A stretch of 64,000 nt of DNA from the human T2T-CHM13v2.0 reference genome, Homo sapiens. Positions 39,501 to 54,200 of this stretch are shown piece after piece. The notes beneath the pieces were generated by a model. It was not told where the DNA came from and did not search any database. It saw only the letters and a program-made list of their open reading frames with translations. The number at the start of each line of letters is the position of its first letter. Within the stretch, counting starts at the first letter, position 1. Location of the stretch: NCBI RefSeq assembly GCF_009914755.1, contig NC_060942.1; one strand, 5' to 3'. The translations under genes and the position numbers were made by a program.

Positions 39501-42500
39501 GGAATCTCCAAGTGGATATTTGGCTAGTTTTGAGGATTTCTTTGGAAGCGGGAATTCATACAAATTGCAGACTGCAGCGTTCTGAGAAACATCTTTGTGA
39601 TGTTTGTATTCAGGACACAGAGATGAACATTCCCTATCATAGAGCAGGTTGGAATCACTCCTTTTGTAGTATCTGGAAGTGGACATTTGGAGCGCTTTCA
39701 GGCCTATGTTGAAAAAGGAAATATCTTCCCATAACAACTAGACACAAGCATTCTCAGAAACTTGTTTGTGATGTGTGCCCTCTACTGACAGAGTTGAACC
39801 TTTCTTTTCATAGAGCAGTTTTGAAACACTCTTTTTGTAGAATCTGCAAGAGGATATTTGCATAGCTTTGAGGATTTCGTGGGAAACGGGATTGTCTTCA
39901 GGTAAAATCTAGACAGAAGCATTCTCAGAAACTTCTTTGGGATGTTTGCATTCAAGTCACAGAGTAGAACATTCCCTTTGGTAGAGCAGGTTTGAAACCC
40001 TCTTTTTGTAGTATCTGGAAGTGGACATTTGGAGCGCTTTCAGGCCCATGTTGGAAAGGGAAATATCTTCCCGTAACAACTAGGCAGAAGCATTCTCAGA
40101 AACTTATTTGAGATGTGTGTACTCAACTAAGAGAATTTAACCAACGTTTTGAAGGAGCAGTTTTGAAACACTCTTTTTCTGGAATCTGCAAGAGTATATT
40201 TGCCTAGCCTTGAGAATTTCGTTGGAAACGGGATTGTCTTCAGATAAAATCTAGACAGAAGCATTCTCAGAAACTTCTTTGGGATGTTTGCATTCAAGTC
40301 ACAGAGTAGAACATTCCCTTTGGTAGAGCAGGTTTGAAACACTCTTTTTTTAGTATATGGAAGTGGACATTTGGAGCGCTTTCAGGCCTACGTTGGAAAA
40401 GGAAATATCTTCCCATAACAACTAGACAGAAGCATTCTCAGAAACTAGTTTCTGATGTGTGTCCTCAACTAACACAGTTGAACTTTTCTTTAGACAGAAC
40501 AGTTTTGAAACACTCTTTTTGTGGAATCTGCAAGTGGATATTTGGCTAGATTTGAGGATTTCGTTGGAAACGGGATTACATATAAAAAGCAGACAGCAGC
40601 ATTCTCAGAAAGTTCTTTGTGATGATTGCATTCAAGTCACAGAATTGAACATTCCCTTTCACAGAGCAGGTTTGAAACCCTCTTTTTGTAGTGTGTGTAA
40701 GTGGACATTTGGAGCGCTTTCCGGCCTAAGGTGAAAAAGGAAATATCTTCCCATAAAAACTAGACAGAAGCATTCTCAGAAACTTACTCGTGATGTGTGT
40801 CCTCAACTAAAGGAGTAGAACATTTCTATTCATAGAGAAGTTTTGAAACGCTCTTTTTGTGGAATCTCCAAGTGGATATTTGGCTAGTTTTGAGGATTTC
40901 GTTGGAAGCGGGAATTCATACAAATTGCAGACTGCAGCGTTCTGAGAATCATCTTTGTGATGTTTGTATTCAGGACACAGAGATGAACATTCCCTATCAT
41001 AGAGCAGGTTGGAATCACTCCTTTTGTAGTATCTGGAAGTGGACATTTGGAGCGCTTTCAGTCCTATGTTGAAAAAGGAAATATCTTCCCATAACAACTA
41101 GACACAAGCATTCTCAGAAACTTGTTTGTGATGTGTGCCCTCTACTGACAGAGTTGAACCTTTCTTTTCATAGAGCAGTTTTGAAACACTCTTTTTGTAG
41201 AATCTGCAAGAGGATATTTGCATAGCTTTGAGGATTTCGTGGGAAACGGGATTGTCTTCAGGTAAAATCTAGACAGAAGCATTCTCAGAAACTTCTTTGG
41301 GATGTTTGCATTCAAGTCACAGAGTAGAACATTCCCTTTGGTAGAGCAGGTTTGAAACACTCTTTTTGTAGTATCTGGAAGTGGACATTTGCAGCACTTT
41401 CAGGCCCATGTTGGAAAGGGAAATATCTTCCCGTAACAACTAGGCAGAAGCATTCTCTGAAACTTTTTTGAGATGTGTGTACTCAACTAAGAGAATTGAA
41501 CCACCGTTTTGAAGGAGCAGTTTTGAAACACTCTTTTTCTGGAATCTGCTAGACGATATTTGCCTAGCCTTGAGGATTTCGTTGGAAACGGGATTGTCTT
41601 CAGATAAAATCTAGACAGAAGCATTCTCAGAAACTTCTTTGGGATGTTTGTATTCAAGTCACAGAGTAGAACATTCCCTTTGATAGAGCAGGTTTGAAAC
41701 ACTCTTTTTTTAGTATATGGAAATGGACATTTGGAGCGCTTTCAGGCCTACGTTGGAAAAGGAAATATCTTCCCATAACAACTAGACAGAAGCATTCTCA
41801 GAAACTAGTTTCTGATGTGTGTCCTCAACTAACACAGTTGAACTTTTCTTTAGACAGAACAGTTTTGAAACACTCTTTTTGTGGAATCTGCAAGTGGATA
41901 TTTGGCTAGATTTGAGGATTTCGTTGGAAACGGGATTACATATAAAAAGCAGACAGCAGCATTCTCAGAAAGTTCTTTGTGATGATTGCATTCAAGTCAC
42001 AGAATTGAACATTCCCTTTCACAGAGCAGGTTTGAAACACTCTTTTTGTAGTGTGTGTAAGTGGACATTTGGAGCACTTTCCGGCCTAAGGTGAAAAAGG
42101 AAATATCTTCCCATAAAAACTAGACAGAAGCATTCTCAGAAACTTACTCGTGATGTGTGTCCTCAACTAAAGGAGTAGAACCTTTCTATTCATAGAGAAG
42201 GTTTGAAACGCTCTTTTTGTGGAATCTCCAAGTGGATATTTGGCTAGTTTTGAGGATTTCGTTGGATGCGGGAATTCATACAAATTGCAGACTGCAGCGT
42301 TCTGAGAAACATCTTTGTGATGTTTGTATTCAGGACACAGAGATGAACATTCCCTATCATAGAGCAGGTTGGAATCACTCCTTTTGTAGTATCTGGAAGT
42401 GGACATTTGGAGCGCTTTCAGGCCTATGTTGAAAAAGGAAATATCTTCCCATAACAACTAGACACAAGCATTCTCAGAAACTTGTTTGTGATGTGTGCCC

Positions 42501-45500
42501 TCTGCTGACAGAGTTGAACCTTTCTTTTCATAGAGCAGTTTTGAAACACTCTTTTTGTAGAATCTGCAAGAGGATATTTGCATAGCTTTGAGGATTTCGT
42601 GGGAAACGGGATTGTCTTCAGGTAAAATCTAGACAGAAGCATTCTCAGAAACTTCTTTGGGATGTTTGCATTCAAGTCACAGAGTAGAACATTCCCTTTG
42701 GTAGAGCAGGTTTGAAACCCTCTTTTTGTAGTATCTGGAAGTGGACATTTGGAGCGCTTTCAGGCCCATGTTGGAAAGGGAAATATCTTCCCGTAACACC
42801 TAGGCAGAAGCATTCTCAGAAACTTATTTGAGATGTGTGTACTCAACTAAGAGAATTGAACCACCGTTTTGAAGGAGCAGATTTGAAACACTCTTTTTCT
42901 GGAATCTGCAAGAGTATATTTGCCTAGCCTTGAAGATTTCGTTGGAAACGGGATTGTCTTCAGATAAAATCTAGACAGAAGCATTCTCAGAAACTTCTTT
43001 GGGATGTTTGCATTCAAGTCACAGAGTAGAACATTCCCTTTGGTAGAGCAGGTTTGAAACACTCTTTTTTTCGTATATGGAAGTGGACATTTGGAGCGCT
43101 TTCAGGCCTACGTTGGAAAAGGAAATATCTTCCCATAACAACTAGACAGAAGCATTCTCAGAAACTAGTTTCTGATGTGTGTCCTCAACTAACACAGTTG
43201 AACTTTTCTTTAGACAGAACAGTTTTGAAACACTCTTTTTGTGGAATCTGCAAGTGGATATTTGGCTAGATTTGAGGATTTCGTTGGAAACGGGATTACA
43301 TATAAAAAGCAGACAGCAGCATTCTCAGAAAGTTCTTTGTGATGATTGCATTCAAGTCACAGAATTGAACATTCCCTTTCACAGAGCAGGTTTGAAACAC
43401 TCTTTTTGTAGTGTGTGTAAGTGGACATTTGGAGCGCTTTCCGGCCTAAGGTGAAAAAGGAAATATCTTCCCATAAAAACTAGACAGAAGCATTCTCAGA
43501 AAGTTACTCGTGATGTGTGTCCTCAACTAAAGGAGTAGAACCTTTCTATTCATAGAGAAGTTTTGAAACGCTCTTTTTGTGGAATCTCCAAGTGGATATT
43601 TGGCTAGTTTTGAGGATTTCGTTGGAAGCGGGAATTCATACAAATTGCAGACTGCAGCGTTCTGAGAAACATCTTTGTGATGTTTGTATTCAGGACACAG
43701 AGATGAACATTCCCTATCATAGAGCAGGTTGGAATCACTCCTTTTGTAGTATCTGGAAGTGGACATTTGGAGCGCTTTCAGGCCTATGTTGAAAAAGGAA
43801 ATATCTTCCCATAACAACTAGACACAAGCATTCTCAGTAACTTGTTTGTGATGTGTGCCCTCTACTGACAGAGTTGAACCTTTCTTTTCATAGAGCAGTT
43901 TTGAAACACTCTTTTTGTAGAATCTGCAAGAGGATATTTGCATAGCTTTGAGGATTTCGTGGGAAACGGGATTGTCTTCAGGTAAAATCTAGACAGAAGC
44001 ATTCTCAGAAACTTCTTTGGGATGTTTGCATTCAAGTCACAGAGTAGAACATTCCCTTTGGTAGAGCAGGTTTGAAACCCTCTTTTTGTAGTATCTGGAA
44101 GTGGACATTCGGAGCGCTATCAGGCCCATGATGGAAAGGGAAATATCTTCCCGTAACAACTAGGCAGAAGCATTCTCAGAAACTTATTTGAGATGTGTGT
44201 ACTCAACTAAGAGAATTGAACCACCGTTTTGAAGGTGCAGTTTTGAAACACTCTTTTTCTGGAATCTGCAAGAGTATATTTGCCTAGCCTTGAGGATTTC
44301 GTTGGAAACGGGATTGTCTTCAGATAAAATCTAGACAGAAGCATTCTCAGAAACTTCTTTGGGATGTTTGCATTCAAGTCACAGAGTAGAACATTCCCTT
44401 TGGTAGAGCAGGTTTGAAACACTCTTTTTGTAGTATCTGGAAGTGGACATTTGGAGCGCTTTCAGGCCTACGTTGGAAAAGGAAATATCTTCCCATAACA
44501 ACTAGACAGAAGCATTCTCAGAAACTAGTTTCTGATGTGTGTCCTCCACTAACACAGTTGAACTTTTCTTTAGACAGAACAGTTTTGAAACACTCTTTTT
44601 GTGGAATCTGCAAGTGGATATTTGGCTAGATTTGAGGATTTCGTTGGAAACGGGATTACATATAAAAAGCAGACTGCAGCATTCTCAGAAAGTTCTTTGT
44701 GGTGATTGCATTCAAGTCACAGAATTGAACATTCCCTTTCACAGAGCAGGTTTGAAACACTCTTTTTGTAGTGTGTGTAAGTGGACATTTGGAGCGCTTT
44801 CCGGCCTAAGGTGAAAAAGGAAATATCTTCCCATAAAAACTAGACAGAAGCATTCTCAGAAACTTACTCGTGATGTGTGTCCTCAACTAAAGGAGTAGAA
44901 CCTTTCTATTCATAGAGAAGTTTTGAAACGCTCTTTTTGTGGAATCTCCAAGTGGATATTTGGCTAGTTTTGAGGATTTCGTTGGAAGCGGGAATTCATA
45001 CAAATTGCAGACTGCAGCGTTCTGAGAAACATCTTTGTGATGTTTGTATTCAGGACACAGAGATGAACATTCCCTATCATAGAGCAGGTTGGAATCACTC
45101 CTTTTGTAGTATCTGGAAGTGGACATTTGGAGCGCTTTCAGGCCTATGTTGAAAAAGGAAATATCTTCCCATAACAACTAGACACAAGCATTCTCAGAAA
45201 CTTGTTTGTGATGTGTGCCCTCTACTGACAGAGTTGAACCTTTCTTTTCATAGAGCAGTTTTGAAACACTCTTTTTGTAGAATCTGCAAGAGGATATTTG
45301 CATAGCTTTGAGGATTTCGTGGGAAACGGGATTGTCTTCAGGTAAAATCTAGACAGAAGCATTCTCAGAAACTTCTTTGGGATGTTTGCATTCAAGTCAC
45401 AGAGTAGAACATTCCCTTTGGTAGAGCAGGTTTGAAACCCTCTTTTTGTAGTATCTGGAAGTGGACATTTGGAGCGCTTTCAGGCCCATGTTGGAAAGGG

Positions 45501-48280
45501 AAATATCTTCCCGTAACAACTAGGCAGAAGCATTCTCAGAAACTTATTTGAGATGTGTGTACTCAACTAAGAGAATTTAACCAACGTTTTGAAGGAGCAG
45601 TTTTGAAACACTCTTTTTCTGGAATCTGCAAGAGTATATTTGCCTAGCCGTGAGAATTTCGTTGGAAACGGGATTGTCTTCAGATAAAATCTAGACAGAA
45701 GCATTCTCAGAAACTTCTTTGGGATGTTTGCATTCAAGTCACAGAGTAGAACATTCCCTTTGGTAGAGCAGGTTTGAAACACTCTTTTTTTAGTATATGG
45801 AAGTGGACATTTGGAGCGCTTTCAGGCCTACGTTGGAAAAGGAAATATCTTCCCATAACAACTAGACAGAAGCATTCTCAGAAACTAGTTTCTGATGTGT
45901 GTCCTCAACTAACACAGTTGAACTTTTCTTTAGACAGAACAGTTTTGAAACACTCTTTTTGTGGAATCTGCAAGTGGATATTTGGCTAGATTTGAGGATT
46001 TCGTTGGAAACGGGATTACATATAAAAAGCAGACAGCAGCATTCTCAGAAAGTTCTTTGTGATGATTGCATTCAAGTCACAGAATTGAACATTCCCTTTC
46101 ACAGAGCAGGTTTGAAACCCTCTTTTTGTAGTGTGTGTAAGTGGACATTTGGAGCGCTTTCCGGCCTAAGGTGAAAAAGGAAATATCTTCCCATAAAAAC
46201 TAGACAGAAGCATTCTCAGAAACTTACTCGTGATGTGTGTCCTCAACTAAAGGAGTAGAACATTTCTATTCATAGAGAAGTTTTGAAACGCTCTTTTTGT
46301 GGAATCTCCAAGTGGATATTTGGCTAGTTTTGAGGATTTCGTTGGAAGCGGGAATTCATACAAATTGCAGACTGCAGCGTTCTGAGAATCATCTTTGTGA
46401 TGTTTGTATTCAGGACACAGAGATGAACATTCCCTATCATAGAGCAGGTTGGAATCACTCCTTTTGTAGTATCCGGAAGTGGACATTTGGAGCGCTTTCA
46501 GTCCTATGTTGAAAAAGGAAATATCTTCCCATAACAACTAGACACAAGCATTCTCAGAAACTTGTTTGTGATGTGTGCCCTCTACTGACAGAGTTGAACC
46601 TTTCTTTTCATAGAGCAGTTTTGAAACACTCTTTTTGTAGAATCTGCAAGAGGATATTTGCATAGCTTTGAGGATTTCGTGGGAAACGGGATTGTCTTCA
46701 GGTAAAATCTAGACAGAAGCATTCTCAGAAACTTCTTTGGGATGTTTGCATTCAAGTCACAGAGTAGAACATTCCCTTTGGTAGAGCAGGTTTGAAACAC
46801 TCTTTTTGTAGTATCTGGAAGTGGACATTTGCAGCACTTTCAGGCCCATGTTGGAAAGGGAAATATCTTCCCGTAACAACTAGGCAGAAGCATTCTCTGA
46901 AACTTTTTTGAGATATGTGTACTCAACTAAGAGAATTGAACCACCGTTTTGAAGGAGCAGTTTTGAAACACTCTTTTTCTGGAATCTGCTAGACGATATT
47001 TGCCTAGCCTTGAGGATTTCGTTGGAAACGGGATTGTCTTCAGATAAAATCTAGACAGAAGCATTCTCAGAAACTTCTTTGGGATGTTTGTATTCAAGTC
47101 ACAGAGTAGAACATTCCCTTTGATAGAGCAGGTTTGAAACACTCTTTTTTTAGTATATGGAAATGGACATTTGGAGCGCTTTCAGGCCTACGTTGGAAAA
47201 GGAAATATCTTCCCGTAACAACTAGACAGAAGCATTCTCAGAAACTAGTTTCTGATGTGTGTCCTCAACTAACACAGTTGAACATTTCTTTAGACAGAAC
47301 AGTTTTGAAACACTCTTTTTGTGGAATCTGCAAGTGGATATTTGGCTAGATTTGAGGATTTCGTTGGAAACGGGATTACATATAAAAAGCAGACAGCAGC
47401 ATTCTCAGAAAGTTCTTTGTGATGATTGCATTCAAGTCACAGAATTGAACATTCCCTTTCACAGAGCAGGTTTGAAACACTCTTTTTGTAGTGTGTGTAA
47501 GTGGACATTTGGAGCACTTTCCGGCCTAAGGTGAAAAAGGAAATATCTTCCCATAAAAACTAGACAGAAGCATTCTCAGAAACTTACTCGTGATGTGTGT
47601 CCTCAACTAAAGGAGTAGAACCTTTCTATTCATAGAGAAGGTTTGAAACGCTCTTTTTGTGGAATCTCCAAGTGGATATTTGGCTAGTTTTGAGGATTTC
47701 GTTGGATGCGGGAATTCATACAAATTGCAGACTGCAGCGTTCTGAGAAACATCTTTGTGATGTTTGTATTCAGGACACAGAGATGAACATTCCCTATCAT
47801 AGAGCAGGTTGGAATCACTCCTTTTGTAGTATCTGGAAGTGGACATTTGGAGCGCTTTCAGGCCTATGTTGAAAAAGGAAATATCTTCCCATAACAACTA
47901 GACACAAGCATTCTCAGAAACTTGTTTGTGATGTGTGCCCTCTGCTGACAGAGTTGAACCTTTCTTTTCATAGAGCAGTTTTGAAACACTCTTTTTGTAG
48001 AATCTGCAAGAGGATATTTGCATAGCTTTGAGGATTTCGTGGGAAACGGGATTGTCTTCAGGTAAAATCTAGACAGAAGCATTCTCAGAAACTTCTTTGG
48101 GATGTTTGCATTCAAGTCACAGAGTAGAACATTCCCTTTGGTAGAGCAGGTTTGAAACCCTCTTTTTGTAGTATCTGGAAGTGGACATTTGGAGCGCTTT
48201 CAGGCCCATGTTGGAAAGGGAAATATCTTCCCGTAACAACTAGGCAGAAGCATTCTCAGAAACTTATTTGAGATGTGTGT
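36600..48280 (+). repeat. 5440 bp (four 8-mers, 32 monomers) tandem super-repeat, about 2.1 copies
   Basis: GGATGCGGG F variant at 36727/42167/47607, AAGGTGCAG D variant at 38767/44207, GAATTTAACCAAC at 40127/45567 and GCTAGACGAT D variant at 41487/46927. Confidence 0.92.
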
Positions 48281-51200
48281 ACTCAACTGAGAGAACTGAA
48301 CCACCGTTTTGAAGGAGCAGTTTTGAAACACTCTTTTTCTGGAATCTGCAAGAGTATATTTGCCTAGCCTTGAAGATTTCGTTGGAAACGGGATTGTCTT
48401 CAGATAAAATCTAGACAGAAGCATTCTCAGAAACTTCTTTGGGATGTTTGCATTCAAGTCACAGAGTAGAACATTCCCTTTGGTAGAGCAGGTTTGAAAC
48501 ACTCTTTTTTTAGTATATGGAAGTGGACATTTGGAGCGCTTTCAGGCCTACGTTGGAAAAGGAAATATCTTCCCATAACAACTAGACAGAAGCATTCTCA
48601 GAAACTAGTTTCTGATGTGTGTCCTCAACTAACACAGTTGAACTTTTCTTTAGACAGAACAGTTTTGAAACACTCTTTTGTGGAATCTGCAAGTGGATAT
48701 TTGGCTAGATTTGAGGATTTCGTTGGAAACGGGATTACATATAAAAAGCAGACAGCAGCATTCTCAGAAAGTTCTTTGTGATGATTGCATTCAAGTCACA
48801 GAATTGAACATTCCCTTTCACAGAGCAGGTTTGAAACACTCTTTTTGTAGTGTGTGTAAGTGGACATTTGGAGCGCTTTCCGGCCTAAGGTGAAATAGGA
48901 AATATCTTCCCATAAAAACTAGACAGAAGCATTCTCAGAAACTTACTCGTGATGTGTGTCCTCAACTAAAGGAGTAGAACCTTTCTATTCATAGAGAAGT
49001 TTTGAAACGCTCTTTTTGTGGAATCTCCAAGTGGATATTTGGCTAGTTTTGAGGATTTCGTTGGAAGCGGGAATTCATACAAATTGCAGACTGCAGCGTT
49101 CTGAGAAACATCTTTGTGATGTTTGTATTCAGGACACAGAGATGAACATTCCCTATCATAGAGCAGGTTGGAATCACTCCTTTTGTAGTATCTGGAAGTG
49201 GACATTTGGAGCGCTTTCAGGCCTATGTTGAAAAAGGAAATATCTTCCCATAACAACTAGACACAAGCATTCTCAGAAACTTGTTTGTGATGTGTGCCCT
49301 CTACTGACAGAGTTGAACCTTTCTTTTCATAGAGCAGTTTTGAAACACTCTTTTTGTAGAATCTGCAAGAGGATATTTGCATAGCTTTGAGGATTTCGTG
49401 GGAAACGGGATTGTCTTCAGGTAAAATCTAGACAGAAGCATTCTCAGAAACTAGTTTGGGATGTTTGCATTCAAGTCACAGAGTAGAACATTCCCTTTGG
49501 TAGAGCAGGTTTGAAACCCTCTTTTTGTAGTATCTGGAAGTGGACATTTGGAGCGCTTTCAGGCCCATGTTGGAAAGGGAAATATCTTCCCGTAACAACT
49601 AGGCAGAAGCATTCTCAGAAACTTATTTGAGATGTGTGTACTCAACTAAGAGAATTGAACCACCGTTTTGAAGGAGCAGTTTTGAAACACTCTTTTTCTG
49701 GAATCTGCAAGAGTATATTTGCCTAGCCTTGAGAATTTCGTTGGAAACGGGATTGTCTTCAGATAAAATCTAGACAGAAGCATTCTCAGAAACTTCTTTG
49801 GGATGTTTGCATTCAAGTCACAGAGTAGAACATTCCCTTTGGTAGAGCAGGTTTGAAACACTCTTTTTGTAGTATCTGGAAGTGGACATTTGGAGCGCTT
49901 TCAGGCCTATGTTGGAAAGGGAAATATCTTCCCTTAACAACTAGGCAGAAGCATTCTCAGAAACTTATTTGAGATGTGTGTACTCAACTAAGAGAATTGA
50001 ACCACCGTTTTGAAGGAGCAGTTGTGAAACACTCTTTTTCTGGAATCTGCCAGAGTATATTTGCCTAGCTTTGAGGATTTCGTTGGAAACGGGATTGTCT
50101 TCAGCTCAAATCTAGACAGAAGCATTCTCAGAAACTTCTTTGGGATGTTTCTATTCAAGTCACAGAGTAGAACATTCCCTTTGGTAGAGCAGGTTTGAAA
50201 CACTCTTTTTTTAGTATATGGAAGTGGACATTTGGAGCGCTTTCAGGCCTACGTTGGAAAAGGAAATATCTTCCCATAACAACTAGACAGAAGCATTCTC
50301 AGAAACTAGTTTCTGATGTGTGTCCTCAACTAACACAGTTGAACATTTCTTTAGACAGAACAGTTTTGAAACACTCTTTTTGTGGAATCTGCAAGTGGCT
50401 ATTTGGCTAGATTTGAGGATTTCTTTGGAAACGGGATTACATATAAAAAGCTGACAGCAGCATTCTCAGAAAGTTCTTTGTGATGATTGCATTCAAGTCA
50501 CAGAATTGAACATTCCCTTTCACAGAGCAGGTTTGAAACACTCTTTTTGTAGTGTGTGTAAGTGGACATTTGGAGCACTTTCCGGCCTAAGGTGAAAAAG
50601 GACATATCTTCCCATAAAAACTAGACAGAAGCATTCTCAGAAACTTACTCGTGATGTGTGTCCTCAACTAAAGGAGTAGAACCTTTCTTTTCATAGAGAA
50701 GTTTTGAAACGCTCTTTTTGTGGAATCTGCAAGTGGATATTTGGCTAGTTTTGAGGATTTCGTTGGAAGCGGGAATTCATACAAATTGCAGACTGCAGCG
50801 TTCTGAGAAACATCTTTGTGATGTTTGTATTCAGGACACAGAGTTGAACATTCCCTATCATAGAGCAGGTTGGAATCACTCCTTTTGTAGTATCTGGAAG
50901 TGGACATTTGGAGCGCTTTCAGGCCTATGTTGAAAAAGGAAATATCTTCCCATAACAACTAGACACAAGCATTCTCAGAAACTTGTTTGTGATGTGTGCC
51001 CTCTACTGACAGAGTTGAACCTTTCTTTTCATAGAGCAGTTTTGAAACACTCTTTTTGTAGAATCTGCAAGAGGATATTTGCATAGCTTTGAGGATTTCG
51101 TGGGAAACGGGATTGTCTTCAGGTAAAATCTAGACAGAAGCATTCTCAGAAACTTCTTTGTTATGTTTGCATTCAAGTCAAAGAGTAGAACATTCCCTTT

Positions 51201-54200
51201 GGTAGAGCAGGTTTGAAACCCTCTTTTTGTAGTATCTGGAAGTGGACATTTGGAGCGCATTCAGGCCCATGTTGGAAAGGGAAATATCTTCCCGTAACAA
51301 CTATGCAGAAGCATTCTCAGAAACTTATTTGAGATGTGTGTACTCAACTAAGAGAATTGAACCACCGTTTTGAAGGAGCAGTTTTGAAACACTCTTTTTC
51401 TGGAATCTGCAAGAGTATATTTGCCTAGCCTTGAGGATTTCGTTGGAAACCGGATTGTCTTCAGATAAAATCTAGACAAATGCATTCTCAGAAACTTCTT
51501 TGGGATGTTTGCATTCAAGTCACAGAGTAGAACATTCTCTTTGGTAGAGCAGGTTTGAAACACTCTTTTTTTAGTATCTGGAAGTGGACATTTGGAGCGC
51601 TTTCAGGCCTACGTTGGAAAAGGAAATATCTTCCCATAACAACTAGACAGAAGCATTCTCAGAAACTAGTTTCTGATGTGTGTCCTCAACTAACACAGTT
51701 GTACATTTCTTTAGACAGAACAGTTTTGAAACACTCTTTTTGTGGAATCTGCAAGTGGATATTGGGCTAGATTTGAGGATTTCGTTGGAAACGGGATTAC
51801 ATATAAAAAGCAGTCAGCAGCATTCTCAGAAAGTTCTTTGTGATGATTGCATTCAAGTCACAGAATTGAACATTCCCTTTCACAGAGCAGGTTTGAAACA
51901 CTCTTTTTGTAGTGTGTGTAAGTGGACATTTGGAGCGCTTTCCGGCCTAAGGTGAAAAAGGACATATCTTACCATAAAAACCAGACAGAAGCATTCTCAG
52001 AAACTTACTCGTGATGTGTGTCCTCAACTAAAGGAGTAGAAACTTTCTATTCATAGAGAAGTTTTGAAACGCTCTTTTTGTGGAATCTCCAAGTGGATAT
52101 TTGGCTAGTTTTGAGGATTTCGTTGGAAGCGGGAATTCATACAAATTGCAGACTGCAGCGTTCTGAGAAACATCGTTGTGATGTTTGTATTCAGGACACA
52201 GAGTTGAACATTCCCTATCATAGAGCAGGTTTGAATCACTCCTTTTGTAGTATCTGGAAGTGGACATTTGGAGCGCTTTCAGGCCTATGTTGGAAAAGGA
52301 AATATCTTCCCATAACAACTAGACAGAAGCATTCTCAGAAACTTATTTGAGATGTGTGTACTCAACTAAGAGAATTGAACCACCGTTTTGAAGGAGCAGT
52401 TTTGAAACACTCTTTTTCTGGAATCTGCAAGTGGATATTTGGCTAGCTTTGGGGATTTCGCTGGAAGCGGGAATACATATAAAAAGCACACAGCAGCGTT
52501 CTGAGAAACTGCTTTCTGATGTTTGCATTCAAGTCAAAAGTTGAACACTCCCTTTCATAGAGCAGTCTTGAAACACCCCTTTTGTAGTATCTGGAACTGG
52601 ACATTTGGAGCGCTTTCAGGGCTAAGGTGAAAAAGGAAATATCTTCCCATAAAAACTGGACAGAAGCATTCTCAGAAACTTGTTTATGCTGTATCTACTC
52701 TACTAACAAAGTTGAACCTTTCTTTTGATAGAGCAGTTTTGAAATGCTCTTTTTGTGGAATCTGCAAGTGGATATTTGGCTAGTTTTGAGGATTTCGTTG
52801 GAAGCTGGAATTCATGCAAATTGCAGACTGCAGCGTTCTGAGAAACATCTTTGTGATGTTTGTATTCAGGACACAGAGTTGAACTTTCCCTATCATAGAG
52901 CAGGTTGGAATCACTCCTTTTGCAGTATCTGGAAGTGGACATTTGGAGCGCTTTCAGGCCTATTTTGGAAAGGGAAATATCTTCCCGTAACAACTAGGCA
53001 GAAGCATTCTCAGAAACTTATTTGAGATGTGTGTACTCAACTAAGAGAATTGAACCACCGTTTTGAAGGAGCAGATTTGAAACACTCTTTTTCTGGAATC
53101 TGCAAGAGTATATTTGCCTAGCCTTGAAGATTTCGTTGGAAACGGGATTGTCTTCAGATAAAATCTAGACAGAAGCATTCTCAGAAACTTCTTTGGGATG
53201 TTTGCATTCAAGTCACAGAGTAGAACATTCCCTTTGGTAGAGCAGGTTTGAAACACTCTTTTTTTAGTATATGGAAGTGGACATTTGGAGCGCTTTCAGG
53301 CCTACGTTGGAAAAGGAAATATCTTCCCATAACAACTAGACAGAAGCATTCTCAGAAACTAGTTTCTGATGTGTGTCCTCAACTAACACAGTTGAACTTT
53401 TCTTTAGACAGAACAGTTTTGAAACACTCTTTTTGTGGAATCTGCAAGTGGATATTTGGCTAGATTTGAGGATTTCGGTGGAAACGGGATTACATATAAA
53501 AAGCAGTCAGCAGCATTCTCAGAAAGATCTTTGTGATGATTGCATTCAAGTCACAGAATTGAACATTCCCTTTCACAGAGCAGGTTTGAAACACTCTTTT
53601 TGTAGTGTGTGTAAGTGGACATTTGGAGCACTTTCCGGCCTAAGGTGAAAAAGGAAATATCTTCCCATAAAAACTAGACAGAAGCATTCTCAGAAACTTA
53701 CTCGTGATGTGTGTCCTCAACTAAAGGAGTAGAACCTTTCTATTCATAGAGAAGGTTTGAAACGCTCTTTTTGTGGAATCTCCAAGTGGATATTTGGCTA
53801 GTTTTGAGGATTTCGTTGGATGCGGGAATTCATACAAATTGCAGACTGCAGCGTTCTGAGAAACATCTTTGTGATGTTTGTATTCAGGACACAGAGATGA
53901 ACATTCCCTATCATAGAGCAGGTTGGAATCACTCCTTTTGTAGTATCTGGAAGTGGACATTTGGAGCGCTTTCAGGCCTATGTTGAAAAAGGAAATATCT
54001 TCCCATAACAACTAGACACAAGCATTCTCAGAAACTTGTTTGTGATGTGTGCCCTCTGCTGACAGAGTTGAACCTTTCTTTTCATAGAGCAGTTTTGAAA
54101 CACTCTTTTTGTAGAATCTGCAAGAGGATATTTGCATAGCTTTGAGGATTTCGTGGGAAACGGGATTGTCTTCAGGTAAAATCTAGACAGAAGCATTCTC

